64,000 nt of DNA. Source: an uncultured Porphyromonadaceae bacterium. GTDB taxonomy: Bacteria; Bacteroidota; Bacteroidia; Bacteroidales; UBA12481. Of this stretch, positions 12,176 to 22,106 are shown one piece after another. Position 1 is the first letter of the stretch. Every line of letters begins with the position of its first letter. The position numbers and the translations under genes were made by a program. The DNA lies in the NCBI GenBank assembly GCA_964512915.1, contig CAZEKJ010000014.1, positions 36,550 through 100,549 of the forward strand, given 5' to 3'. Under the pieces are notes generated by a model, which did no database searches, had not been told where the DNA came from, and saw nothing but the letters and a program-made list of their open reading frames with translations.

Positions 12176-14143
12176 ATGATGGCTAAAAACAGAAAACCGG
12201 CATTTATTGTTTTTCTTCTCACAACCTTCTTTTTAAGGTGGGCCGTTGATACGTATGCCCAGGACATCATTATTCCAATTGAGCAGATAACCATCAGCGG
12301 TTATGCCAAATCTTCCCAATTAAGCAGTTTCCAGAATATCCGGATCGACTCCCTGCAAAAAGGCCGTTATGCCATTTCCGATCTGGCAACACTTCTGAAA
12401 TCTGAGACCAACATTAATGTGACTCAATATGGAGGCGAAGGATCCCTGAGCTCGATACGTCTCAGAGGATCAGGTCCTTCACATACTCAGGTCAACTGGA
12501 ATGGGATTCCGATAAACAGTCCTACCACTGGCACCATAGACTTATCGCTGGTTTCTTCCCTTTTAACTGATGAAGTTGAGTTGATTTACGGAGCCTCAGG
12601 TTCCCTTTTTGGCAGCGGCACTTTCGGCGGATCGCTAAACCTGATCAATAAAGCAGACTGGAATAACCGGCTCGGCTTCATGGTTTTTGGGGAGGCTGGG
12701 TCCTGGAATCATTACAAATCGGGAGCAGGGGTAAGGACCGGCAGAGATTCATGGCAATATCATGCCGGAGGCTTTTTGCAATCAAGCCAGAATAATTACA
12801 CCTACCTGAATACCTTTTTGCCTGGCAGTCCGGTTGAGCGGCGTGCCAATGATACTTTGAAAACTTCTGGTTTTCAGCAACATCTGTTCCTGCGCCTGCC
12901 GGGCAATTGGTCGGTGCAGGCAGGTATGTGGCTGCAGAACCGTGATAAAGATCTGCCAGCCTCTATGAGTTCCGGAAATGGCAACCCTGCTAACCAGCAG
13001 GACCAGTCACTCCGCTTGTTTACCCGGATTTCGAAAATCTGGAAACAATCAGTGCTGGAGATCGTTGGATCCCGGTTTACCGACAGCCTGCTTTATACGG
13101 AATATGCCAGGACCACAAACCAGCCTCTGAGGCAGTCCGGAATTCACTCAGCCATCAGCTCCGCAGGCCTTTCCGGCAGATGGTATCCTTCTAATACACT
13201 GACCTTTGAGGCCGGCTCCGAGCTTGAATCCCAAAAAGCAAGAAGTAGCTCCTTTCCTGGGGTCATGGCCGAATACAGGGGGGCTGCGTTTGGTTCGGCC
13301 CGATATAAAACGGAACGCCTGACCGTTATGACCGGATTGAGACAGGTGCTCTTTTCAGGTTCAAAGACAAGAACATTATACTCACTGTCAGCCCGATATG
13401 AAATTCCCGGTATTAATCTGGTGATCAGAGGCCAGGCCTCCAATAAATTCAGGTTGCCTACACTCAATGAAAGGTTCTGGCAACCGGGTGGTAATCCCTT
13501 GCTCCTTCCTGAAACCGGCACAGGCGTTGAATCCGGCCTGGAGTGGGGTCAGAAGAATTCATCGGGTTCAGGGATGCAACTTTCAACCACCTTCTTCCTT
13601 CAAAACATCCATAATTGGGTACAATGGGTACCCTCGGGAACTTATTGGTCTCCTGAGAATATAAGGTTTGTGCGTTGTCAGGGCTTTGAAGCTTCGGGCC
13701 TCTATTCATGGAAAATAGGCGCAGGGCGGGCAACCCTTAATACCACCTACAGCTACACCGAAAGCCTTGATATGAACATTATATCCGACGACACCCGGCT
13801 TGCCGGCCAAATACCTTATGTTCCAAGGCATCAGGTTCAAAGCAGGTTTTCCCTGGCTCTTGGTGGCTTTGAAGGGTTTCTTTCGTACCGTTTTACCGGT
13901 AGCCGTTATACAACCGACGACCATGACCCCTGGCTCATGCTGAAACCCATTCATATTGCTGATTTCACCGTCAGCCACAGGCTCTTTTTAAAAGAAAATG
14001 AGCTTCTGATTTCCTTTCGGGTCAATAACCTCCTGAATCACTCTTACCAACTGATACGCGCGTATCCCGCTCCCGGGAGATCATTTTTATTATCAATGAA
14101 TTACATGTTCAATCAAAAATCAAAAATGTATGCGGAAAATTAG
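12176..14143 (+). CDS. btuB: TonB-dependent receptor, BtuB-like cobalamin importer
   Basis: Plug motifs 'SSIRLRGSGPSHTQVNWNGIPINS' and 'GASGSLFGSGTFGG'; barrel motif 'FRLPTLNERFW'; 'NNLLN..YQ....YPAPGRSF'. Sits under a B12 riboswitch. The start could be the ATG at 12179. Confidence 0.88.
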   Translation: MMAKNRKPAFIVFLLTTFFLRWAVDTYAQDIIIPIEQITISGYAKSSQLSSFQNIRIDSLQKGRYAISDLATLLKSETNINVTQYGGEGSLSSIRLRGSGPSHTQVNWNGIPINSPTTGTIDLSLVSSLLTDEVELIYGASGSLFGSGTFGGSLNLINKADWNNRLGFMVFGEAGSWNHYKSGAGVRTGRDSWQYHAGGFLQSSQNNYTYLNTFLPGSPVERRANDTLKTSGFQQHLFLRLPGNWSVQAGMWLQNRDKDLPASMSSGNGNPANQQDQSLRLFTRISKIWKQSVLEIVGSRFTDSLLYTEYARTTNQPLRQSGIHSAISSAGLSGRWYPSNTLTFEAGSELESQKARSSSFPGVMAEYRGAAFGSARYKTERLTVMTGLRQVLFSGSKTRTLYSLSARYEIPGINLVIRGQASNKFRLPTLNERFWQPGGNPLLLPETGTGVESGLEWGQKNSSGSGMQLSTTFFLQNIHNWVQWVPSGTYWSPENIRFVRCQGFEASGLYSWKIGAGRATLNTTYSYTESLDMNIISDDTRLAGQIPYVPRHQVQSRFSLALGGFEGFLSYRFTGSRYTTDDHDPWLMLKPIHIADFTVSHRLFLKENELLISFRVNNLLNHSYQLIRAYPAPGRSFLLSMNYMFNQKSKMYAEN

Positions 14144-15197
14144 CAGAATCGGCCCTTTAATTGTATCAGTTTTTCTTGCAGTATCCTGTAACCCGGACAA
14201 TCCGGGTGATTCGGCTGAGTCAGGATTCCTGCACGGCGCGTTTATAACCAATGAAGGTGCTTTTGGAAATTCAAATGGTTCAGTCAGCTATCTGAGAAGG
14301 GATTCTTCGAAATCGGTCAATCACCTTTTCGAAATGGTTAACGGGAGGCCTTTGGGAGATGTTGTACAGTCATTCAGTATTGCCGGACCCAAAGGGTTTA
14401 TCGTAGTAAATAATTCACAAAAAGTTGAAGTTGTTGATCTCAAATCATTTGAGTCCATCGGAATCATTGATGGTCTTGAGTACCCTCGTTATATACTGGC
14501 AGTCAGCGACGAAAAGGTTTACTTGTCTGATGGAAACTTCACGGGTAAAATTCTTGTGATTGATGTGGCAACGCACCGGATAACCGATACAATACCTTGC
14601 GGTATGGGGCCGGAAAATATGATCCTGTATAATGACAAGGTAATTGTGGCAAACTCAGGAGGGTGGGGTAACGACAGCACACTGACCGTGATTGATACCG
14701 GCACGGACAAGGTTGTTGCCACCTGGAAAACAGGCGAAAACCCCACAGATATGGTAATCGACCGGAACTATAACCTATGGGTTCTCTGTAAAGGTCAGGT
14801 TGTATGGGAAGGCTGGAATATAGCCTTTGAATCCGGGTCCACCCTGTGGGTTGGTAATCCGGACAATGGCGAGAAGATCCGGGAAATATCCATCGGCTCA
14901 ATCGGGGATTATTACTGGCCTCAGTCGATCGGGATTGACCCGAAGGGGAAGAATATTTACTTCCTGGAGGCTGGTGGATTATATGTTATTAATTATCAGG
15001 AACAAACCCCAAAAGCGGAAGCCTTGGTTGCAAAAACATTCTATGGATTCGGCATCGATCCCGAAACAGGATGGATTTATGGTCTCTCCGCACCCTCTTT
15101 TACGGCAGCCGGCTGGCTGATGCGTTATGAATCGACGGGGGTGCCCGTTGATTCCATAGAGGTTGGAATCGGCCCCAATCACATCGTTTTTAACTGA
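14130..15197 (+). CDS. BtuG-like surface lipoprotein (YncE/DUF5074 beta-propeller)
   Basis: Lipobox 'FLAVSC'; 'FITNEGAFG.SNGSVSY', 'PLGDVVQS', 'FIVVNNSQKVEVVD', 'PRYI'. Overlaps the btuB stop. Confidence 0.82.
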   Translation: MRKISRIGPLIVSVFLAVSCNPDNPGDSAESGFLHGAFITNEGAFGNSNGSVSYLRRDSSKSVNHLFEMVNGRPLGDVVQSFSIAGPKGFIVVNNSQKVEVVDLKSFESIGIIDGLEYPRYILAVSDEKVYLSDGNFTGKILVIDVATHRITDTIPCGMGPENMILYNDKVIVANSGGWGNDSTLTVIDTGTDKVVATWKTGENPTDMVIDRNYNLWVLCKGQVVWEGWNIAFESGSTLWVGNPDNGEKIREISIGSIGDYYWPQSIGIDPKGKNIYFLEAGGLYVINYQEQTPKAEALVAKTFYGFGIDPETGWIYGLSAPSFTAAGWLMRYESTGVPVDSIEVGIGPNHIVFN

Positions 15198-15215
15198 CCC
15201 TAAAGATCGTTTTCC

Positions 15216-15246
15216 CTTGGGTTCCTCCTGATAATGGCTACCTTTG
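15216..15246 (+). promoter_or_regulatory. Bacteroidota -33/-7 promoter for the protease gene
   Basis: CTTG-N19-TACCTTTG. Confidence 0.6.
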
Positions 15247-15270
15247 CCTCACCCGATTTAGGAGGAATCC

Positions 15271-17892
15271 ATGAGAAAAATTTTGCTCTCAATTATATTT
15301 TTGCTTCCGATATTATCTGCCCTTGCCCAGGTTGAATCACCCGGCAGCCCATGGAGCCAGAATGCAAACCTAAAATCACAAGCATCTGTTATTCAACTTG
15401 ATCCTGTATCAGAACGGCAGATAAAATCTTATTCCGGTCAGTTTCAGGAGCACCTGAAGTCGATGCTCTTTGCCTATCCCATCATGACAAACCTGAACCC
15501 GATGAAAGACGGGGTTTGGGAAGAGTTGTCAGATGGACGGCGGGTATGGCGTCTGACAATCTCTTCTTCCAGCGCCAAATCTTTGAATATAATTTTTCAC
15601 AGGTTTCACTTACCTGATGGTGCCAGCATGTATTTATACACGCCAGGATACAAGGTGGTTAGAGGAGCCTTTACAAAGATAAATGAACTTCCGTCGGGAG
15701 TTTTGGCGACGGTGCCATTACCGGGAGATCAGTTGACCATTGAGCTTAATGTCGGCGCGGGTGCAGCTTTTGACCCTCAGTTGATTATCGGTCAGGTAAG
15801 CCATGATTTCAAGGGATTCTTCAGCGAAACAAAAATTGAGAAATCGGGATACTGCAATGTGGATATTAATTGTCCGGCAGGGGCAGACTGGCAAATAGAA
15901 AAGCGGGCAGTGGTTAAATTTATCAGGGGAGGGGTCTGGCTTTGCTCAGGCACTTTGATCAATACCGCCGAAAACAGCGGGCGACCGCTTCTGCTTACGG
16001 CAAATCACTGTATCGCTCTGGATTGGCACGCGGAACAGTCAGTTTTTTATTTCCGCTATGAAAAGCCTGATTGCGGAACCGGGGCTGGAAGTCTTCAATA
16101 TTCATTATCGGGATCAAAACTGCTGGCTACCACCAACCAGATTGACTTTTGCCTGGTTGAGCTAAGTTCTGCTCCTCCAAAAAGCTATGATCCCTATTAT
16201 GCTGGCTGGGATCGTCGTGTGGTTTCCTACCTGGATTCCGTAGTCTGCATTCACCATCCTAACGGGGATGTCAAGAAAATTTCCAAAAGCTACCACCGGG
16301 TAGTTACCGGGGATTTTGGTGGTGGCTTTGATGCGAACACACACTGGAAAATAAGCCAATGGGACCTGGGGACCACTGAACCGGGTTCATCGGGATCGGG
16401 GCTTTTCAATACAGACCACAGGCTTGTTGGGGACCTCACCGGAGGGGATGCGAGTTGCGACTACAATTTCAATGACTATTTCCAGAAGCTGTCAATCAGC
16501 TGGGACCGTTACCCGGATTCATCCAAACAGCTGAAGTATTGGCTCGATCCGCTCAATACAGGTGCGCTTACCATGAACGGGTATGATCCTTTTGGTGGTG
16601 GCAAGCCCCTGGCAAATTTCTCCATCCGGCCCGACCTGATTCACACGGGTAAAAAGGTCTATTTTACAGAAAAGTCCACCGGTTCACCTGCAACCTGGAC
16701 ATGGTCCGTACCGGGAGGTGTTCCGGACCATTTGTCTGGCGACAGGCCGGCTCCGGTTATATTCACTGAGTCAGGGCAATATTCCGTGTCACTGACGGTT
16801 GCAAACAGCATGGGCAGGGACTCCACCAGGCAATCGGTCCGTGTTTTTGACTATCCTGTCGGTATCGTTTCCGAAAACCGTATTGTGCCTGGCCGGACCA
16901 TTGAACTTACGGATGCCAGCACAGGCAGCCCACTTTCGGTTAACTGGAAGATTCCCAAAGCCAATCCGTCAATATATGCCGGAGGGGACCCGATCTCACT
17001 GACCCTTACCGACCCGGGTGAGTATACCACCGAACAGATTGTAGAATTCCCTGAGTATTCGGATACCCTGGTCCACTATAACCGTATCAAGGTTCTTTCA
17101 GATAATATTGCATTCCGGTCGGTAACCTTTACCAATATTGCAAAAGATGACCACACCGGATTCTTCACCATGGGTACACAAGCTTACATCCCCGGATCCA
17201 ATAGCCTGGGCATTAATGCTTTTGCTGACTCCTTCAGGAATTCAGGTGACACAGCCTTTATGATCACCGGAATCACCATTCACCTTGAGCGTCTTTCGAA
17301 ATGGGCCGGCACATATTATTTGCCCGTCGTTGTGTGGAATGCCCAGCGCCAGCCTGTTATCAGGGACTCCATTTTACTTTCCAATCTTCGTCAGGATTGC
17401 CGTGCAACGGTATGGTTAAAGAGCCCGGTTAATTTTGATACCCTCAATTATGTAGGATTCGAGATCAAACCCTGGGACCAGGGAACCTTTTATTCAAAGA
17501 TGGCCGTCGACAGGGGATCCAACGGAGTTAATACCGCCTTTGCCGTAAAAGGAAATCAGTGGCAGCCAATGTCTGATGTTGTTGGTTTTCACACCTCCCT
17601 TGATATTAGTCTGGAAACCGCCTACCTGAAGAACTCTTATGCCCAGGAAATCAGCATTCTGAAAAATGGGAATAACGGACAATTCCAGGTTGACCTTGGA
17701 AAATTGGTTTTCAAGTCGGTTCGTGTCGCCGTGTTCTCTCTTACCGGCCAGCAGCTGACCACAGAAACCGAAAAAACCGGAAATATTATTGATTTACAAA
17801 TACAAGCCCCGGTCTCAGGAATCTATCTGGTCCGTTTACTAATCGACGACCTGCCTCCTTTTACCCAGAAGGTATTGATAGTTAAAGACTAA
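15271..17892 (+). CDS. Secreted trypsin-fold (lysyl-endopeptidase-like) serine protease with PKD domains and T9SS C-terminal domain
   Basis: Signal peptide; catalytic triad motifs 'LLTANHC', 'IDFCLVEL', 'TEPGSSGSGLF'; PKD 'WTWSVPGG...GQYSVSLTVAN'; CTD '...GIYLVRL...TQKVLIVK'. Confidence 0.85.
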   Translation: MRKILLSIIFLLPILSALAQVESPGSPWSQNANLKSQASVIQLDPVSERQIKSYSGQFQEHLKSMLFAYPIMTNLNPMKDGVWEELSDGRRVWRLTISSSSAKSLNIIFHRFHLPDGASMYLYTPGYKVVRGAFTKINELPSGVLATVPLPGDQLTIELNVGAGAAFDPQLIIGQVSHDFKGFFSETKIEKSGYCNVDINCPAGADWQIEKRAVVKFIRGGVWLCSGTLINTAENSGRPLLLTANHCIALDWHAEQSVFYFRYEKPDCGTGAGSLQYSLSGSKLLATTNQIDFCLVELSSAPPKSYDPYYAGWDRRVVSYLDSVVCIHHPNGDVKKISKSYHRVVTGDFGGGFDANTHWKISQWDLGTTEPGSSGSGLFNTDHRLVGDLTGGDASCDYNFNDYFQKLSISWDRYPDSSKQLKYWLDPLNTGALTMNGYDPFGGGKPLANFSIRPDLIHTGKKVYFTEKSTGSPATWTWSVPGGVPDHLSGDRPAPVIFTESGQYSVSLTVANSMGRDSTRQSVRVFDYPVGIVSENRIVPGRTIELTDASTGSPLSVNWKIPKANPSIYAGGDPISLTLTDPGEYTTEQIVEFPEYSDTLVHYNRIKVLSDNIAFRSVTFTNIAKDDHTGFFTMGTQAYIPGSNSLGINAFADSFRNSGDTAFMITGITIHLERLSKWAGTYYLPVVVWNAQRQPVIRDSILLSNLRQDCRATVWLKSPVNFDTLNYVGFEIKPWDQGTFYSKMAVDRGSNGVNTAFAVKGNQWQPMSDVVGFHTSLDISLETAYLKNSYAQEISILKNGNNGQFQVDLGKLVFKSVRVAVFSLTGQQLTTETEKTGNIIDLQIQAPVSGIYLVRLLIDDLPPFTQKVLIVKD

Positions 17893-17895
17893 GCA

Positions 17896-19311
17896 TCATT
17901 TTCCTTCCCTTTCAATTTCCTGCTTAAGGAAAGGAATGATCTGGTCATGACTTATGTCTTTTCCGATTATCTTCCTGTTGTGATCCAGAATAAAAATCCG
18001 GGGTGTGCTCCAGGCCTGGTATCGTTCAGTTATTTCCCGATAATGGGTGGGTGAATAAGCATTAATCCAGTTCAGCTTGTTTTCATCAATGAACTTAATC
18101 CAGGAGTCCTTTTCAGTCCTGGTGTTTAATGCTATTACCTCGGCTCCCATTGTTTTCAGCTGCACATATTCTTTAAAGAGTTTGGGCGTTATTTCCTTGC
18201 AATGACTGCAATCGGGCTCCCAAAACAAGAGAATCAGAAAACGGTCGGGGATTAATTTCAGGAACAGTGGTGAATCATCAGGCTTTAATAAACCGACGAG
18301 TTCAGGTGCAGGGGTTCCGAGAAGCAAGGGTTTCATCTCTGCTACGCGGGCCCGGATACCCTGAAGATTAGAAGCATCTATCCAGAATGCCTGACCCGAA
18401 AGGTACACGGTTTCCGCCAGCCAAACATATACGGCATCTGTTCCCATGTATTTTGGATCGGAATAGAGGTTTAAAAGATACTGGGACACAAACTGAAACA
18501 TCTGCGGTTTAGATCTTGCCTTATCAATCAGCAACTTTACCTCTGAAATGATGGAATCAGGAAATGGCGGTACCAGCTGAGTAAAATATTGATCAAGCTT
18601 GGTTTCAATCAATGGGGTTCGAACCAGCCGTTCGTCAGAGAAATCCACATTGTCGAAAAAATGGGTACGAATAAAAAGATACTGTTTGTACTGCTCATCC
18701 TGGGTTTTGGGTGAGGACAGGTTCTCCGGGATTTTGAAGGGTCTTAATCCTTTAATGAAACGGCCGGGCAGGGTGCCTTCCAGTGCTTTGGTATATTCGT
18801 CCCATACCTGGTTTCCTTTTGCCTGAAGTGTCCGTAAATCCCGGTTCAGGATTTGTGCGGAATCAGCTGTGAGCCCTCCCTTTTTCAGCTTTTCCTGGAT
18901 GGCACCGGTCCGGTTTCGGATTTTTGCATACTCATTCTGCCAACTTATGAAAAGGCTGTTTTCCTTTGAACCGATGAAAACCAGACTGTCGTTCAAAGCA
19001 CCTGTGCGGGTGCGTAAATCAAAGAATTGAACCGGACCCAGGAAGAATTCAATGTATTTTTTATCGGGCAAAACGATTTGGTACATTCCTTCGGGCAGCA
19101 GTGTGTCGCCAGAGAATATTGCATGGCCGTCCTGCTGCAGACGGACGGTGTCATCCGTAAAGAATTTCAGACCGATCCTGTGCGAGAGGATGATATCCTT
19201 TCCGGGAAGATCCGGCAGGAAAACAGTAATCCTGTGGCCCTGTGAGAACGATGAAAAACAAGAAATGCCCGCCAGGAGCGTTATCAATATAGATTTTTTT
19301 AAATGGCCCAT
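17896..19311 (-). CDS. Exported TlpA/redoxin-domain protein with helical middle region
   Basis: C-terminal 'FWEPDCSHCK' CxxC and 'STPRIFILD'. Start moved to the ATG at 19311, which gives a signal peptide and leaves TATCTTTG at 19327-19334 (minus) as promoter. Confidence 0.8.
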   Translation of the reverse strand: MGHLKKSILITLLAGISCFSSFSQGHRITVFLPDLPGKDIILSHRIGLKFFTDDTVRLQQDGHAIFSGDTLLPEGMYQIVLPDKKYIEFFLGPVQFFDLRTRTGALNDSLVFIGSKENSLFISWQNEYAKIRNRTGAIQEKLKKGGLTADSAQILNRDLRTLQAKGNQVWDEYTKALEGTLPGRFIKGLRPFKIPENLSSPKTQDEQYKQYLFIRTHFFDNVDFSDERLVRTPLIETKLDQYFTQLVPPFPDSIISEVKLLIDKARSKPQMFQFVSQYLLNLYSDPKYMGTDAVYVWLAETVYLSGQAFWIDASNLQGIRARVAEMKPLLLGTPAPELVGLLKPDDSPLFLKLIPDRFLILLFWEPDCSHCKEITPKLFKEYVQLKTMGAEVIALNTRTEKDSWIKFIDENKLNWINAYSPTHYREITERYQAWSTPRIFILDHNRKIIGKDISHDQIIPFLKQEIEREGK

Positions 19312-19343
19312 ACACTTGATTTCGGGCAAAGATAGACATTGAC

Positions 19344-19351
19344 TACATTTG
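19344..19351 (+). promoter_or_regulatory. -7 promoter element for the GT2 gene
   Basis: TACATTTG. It overlaps the longer TTG-start ORF and so supports the ATG at 19369. Confidence 0.6.
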
Positions 19352-19368
19352 ACGAAACAGAATATCCG

Positions 19369-20262
19369 ATGCTGTCCGTTTTAATACCGGTTTATCAGTG
19401 GGATCCCCGGCAATTGGTCGCGGAGATCAGGGAACAGATCCTTCAGGCCGGAATCCCTTATGAGATTATTGTCAGTGATGACACGCCGCATATTGCAGAA
19501 CCGGATTACCAACAAGATCTGGCAGTTTTATCAGGAGTGCGCTGTTTTTGGCGGGATCGCCCGCTCAGCCGGAGCGCCAACCGGAATTTCCTTGCGGGCG
19601 AAGCTGCTTACCACTATCTGCTGTTTCTTGATTGCGACGGAAAAGTAAACAGCCAGGTTTTTGTTCGTGATTATGTTGAGAAAATAAATCCTGGCTCAGT
19701 CCTGGTGGGCGGGACACTTTATGATTCAATCCCTCCGGAGAACCGTTCGCTGTTGTTGAGATGGATCTTCGGAACACATCGGGAACAATTACCGGCTTCC
19801 ACCAGAAACCAGGACCCGTGGAAATCTTTCTCCACATTTAATTTCCTGGTTCCTGCACCGATTTTTCACTCAATACGGTTTAGTGAGGATCTTACCGGTT
19901 ACGGACATGAGGATACCTTATTCGGCCTGGAACTAAAAAACAGGGGCATCCCCGTAATTCATCTTGATAACGGCCTGGTGCATCTTGGCCTGGATCCTGC
20001 TGAAGTTTTTCTCGCAAAAGTGCGGGAATCAGTCACGGGTCTCGTTCAGCTTCAGCGAACCGGACTGATCGGTCCCGGTGAAGTATCGGAAATAAAGCTC
20101 TTACGGACCGCTGCACGCCTGAGGAAGTACGGATTACTCAAGGTGGTGCATTTCATTTACAGAGCCCTCGGCAGGGGGTTGGAAAAGGCCCTCCTGGGAA
20201 ATCATCCGAGGTTATATATGCTTGATTTATACAAACTTGGACTAATCAGCCAATTTGGCTGA
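19369..20262 (+). CDS. Glycosyltransferase family 2
   Basis: 'LSVLIPVY', 'EIIVSDD', 'RSANRNFLA', DxD in 'LFLDCD', 'GYGHED..FG'. Confidence 0.88.
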   Translation: MLSVLIPVYQWDPRQLVAEIREQILQAGIPYEIIVSDDTPHIAEPDYQQDLAVLSGVRCFWRDRPLSRSANRNFLAGEAAYHYLLFLDCDGKVNSQVFVRDYVEKINPGSVLVGGTLYDSIPPENRSLLLRWIFGTHREQLPASTRNQDPWKSFSTFNFLVPAPIFHSIRFSEDLTGYGHEDTLFGLELKNRGIPVIHLDNGLVHLGLDPAEVFLAKVRESVTGLVQLQRTGLIGPGEVSEIKLLRTAARLRKYGLLKVVHFIYRALGRGLEKALLGNHPRLYMLDLYKLGLISQFG

Positions 20263-20269
20263 TCTTTAT

Positions 20270-20277
20270 TATCTTTG
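20270..20277 (+). promoter_or_regulatory. -7 promoter element for argS-ffh-folD
   Basis: TATCTTTG about 20 nt upstream of the ATG at 20297. Confidence 0.65.
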
Positions 20278-20296
20278 CGGCTCTTATTTTATTCCG

Positions 20297-22093
20297 ATGG
20301 AGCGCATCGAAAAACGTATTGCAGAAGCCACTTCAGAAGCCATCCGTGTTCTGTATCAGGCCGATATTGAAGAAGATAAAATCCAGGTACAAGCCACCCG
20401 AAAAGAGCAGAACGGTGATTTTACCGTTGTTGTATTCGCCTATAGCAGGATATCCGGAAAAAACCCGGAGCAGACAGGCCATGAAATCGGCCAATTTCTG
20501 AAAGAGAAGCTCGATGCCATAGATTCTTTCGAGGTCATTAAAGGCTTTCTTAACCTGTCTCTTTCAAATGTATTCTGGATGAGCTATTTCCGTGAGAACA
20601 TGGATCTCAGGAATTATGGGCACAAAATGCCGGTCCCGGGCAGCGCTCCAGTGGTTGTTGAGTATTCCTCCCCCAATACAAATAAGCCTTTGCATCTTGG
20701 CCATATCCGGAACAATCTCTTAGGGTATGCGGTCTCAAAAATTGTGAGTGCAGCAGGCAATGAGGTAAGAATGGTTAACCTGGTCAATGATCGCGGGATA
20801 CACATCTGCAAATCGATGCTTGCCTGGCAAAAGTGGGGTGAAGGCATTACACCTGAAGCAGCCGGATTGAAGGGGGATAAGCTTGTCGGCGATTTTTATG
20901 TCCGGTTCGACAAGGAATATAAGATACAGATCAAAGAGCTCATGGATGCCGGGATGAAGGAGGAAGAGGCGAAAAACAGCGCCCCGTTGATCCGTGAAGC
21001 ACAGGAATTGCTAAGAGAATGGGAGAACGGCGACAAGGGAGTCCTCGATTTATGGAACACAATGAACGGCTGGGTTTACAAAGGGTTTGATGAGACCTAC
21101 CGGAAACTTGGCGTTACGTTCGATAAAATCTATTACGAATCCAAAACCTATAAACTAGGCAAGGACCTGGTTTCCCTGGGACTGAGCAATGGGGTTCTCT
21201 ACCAGAAGGAAGACGGATCCGTTTGGGCGGATCTGACGGAAGACGGATTGGATCATAAACTATTGCTGCGCTCTGACGGCACAAGTGTATATATGACCCA
21301 GGACCTTGGCACGGCTCACCAGCGGTTTGAGGAATATGGTTTCAACAGGCATATTTATGTTGTTGGAAATGAGCAGGATTATCACTTCAAGGTTCTTTCG
21401 TTGATACTTAAAAAGATTGGTTTTGCCTGGGCGGAGAGACTCTTCCACCTTTCGTACGGGATGGTGGAGCTGCCTCAGGGGCGCATGAAGTCCAGGGAAG
21501 GTACCGTGGTTGATGCCGATGACCTCATTGATGAGATGGTGGCAACAGCCAGATCGGTATCAGACGAACTGGGTAAACTTGAGGGTTTCCCTGAAGAGGA
21601 AAAGGCAACTGTTTACTACCAGATCGCTTTGGGGGCATTAAAGTATTATATCCTGAAGGTTGATCCGCAGAAAACCATGATGTTCAACCCTGAAGAGTCT
21701 ATAGATTTCAACGGAAATACCGGACCCTTTATCCAATATACCTGTGTCAGGATTCGTTCGGTTGAACGGAAGGCCCGGGATGCAGGCATTGTGGCATCTG
21801 ATTCCTGGCCGCTTAACCTGGATTTGGATCCCAGGGAATCAGCTCTGTTAAAACGTGTTTACGGGTACCCCCTAATTCTGGCCGAGGCTGCGCAGAACCT
21901 TTCGCCCGCATTGATAGCCAATTACTTCTATGAGCTTGTGAAAGAGTATAACCATTTCTACCAGCAATGTCCCATTGTTCGCGAAACTGACGCGGTGAGA
22001 AGGGATTTCCGGCTGGCTTTGTCAAGATTTATTGCTAACCATATACAGGATGGAATGATCCTGCTCGGCATCGAGATGCCTGAGAGAATGTAA
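20297..22093 (+). CDS. argS: Arginine--tRNA ligase
   Basis: 'VEYSSPNTNKPLHLGHIRN' (HIGH), 'RSDGTSVYMTQDLGTA', 'MKSREG', C-terminal 'MPERM'. Confidence 0.98.
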   Translation: MERIEKRIAEATSEAIRVLYQADIEEDKIQVQATRKEQNGDFTVVVFAYSRISGKNPEQTGHEIGQFLKEKLDAIDSFEVIKGFLNLSLSNVFWMSYFRENMDLRNYGHKMPVPGSAPVVVEYSSPNTNKPLHLGHIRNNLLGYAVSKIVSAAGNEVRMVNLVNDRGIHICKSMLAWQKWGEGITPEAAGLKGDKLVGDFYVRFDKEYKIQIKELMDAGMKEEEAKNSAPLIREAQELLREWENGDKGVLDLWNTMNGWVYKGFDETYRKLGVTFDKIYYESKTYKLGKDLVSLGLSNGVLYQKEDGSVWADLTEDGLDHKLLLRSDGTSVYMTQDLGTAHQRFEEYGFNRHIYVVGNEQDYHFKVLSLILKKIGFAWAERLFHLSYGMVELPQGRMKSREGTVVDADDLIDEMVATARSVSDELGKLEGFPEEEKATVYYQIALGALKYYILKVDPQKTMMFNPEESIDFNGNTGPFIQYTCVRIRSVERKARDAGIVASDSWPLNLDLDPRESALLKRVYGYPLILAEAAQNLSPALIANYFYELVKEYNHFYQQCPIVRETDAVRRDFRLALSRFIANHIQDGMILLGIEMPERM

Positions 22094-22106
22094 TCTGTAA
22101 CATATC

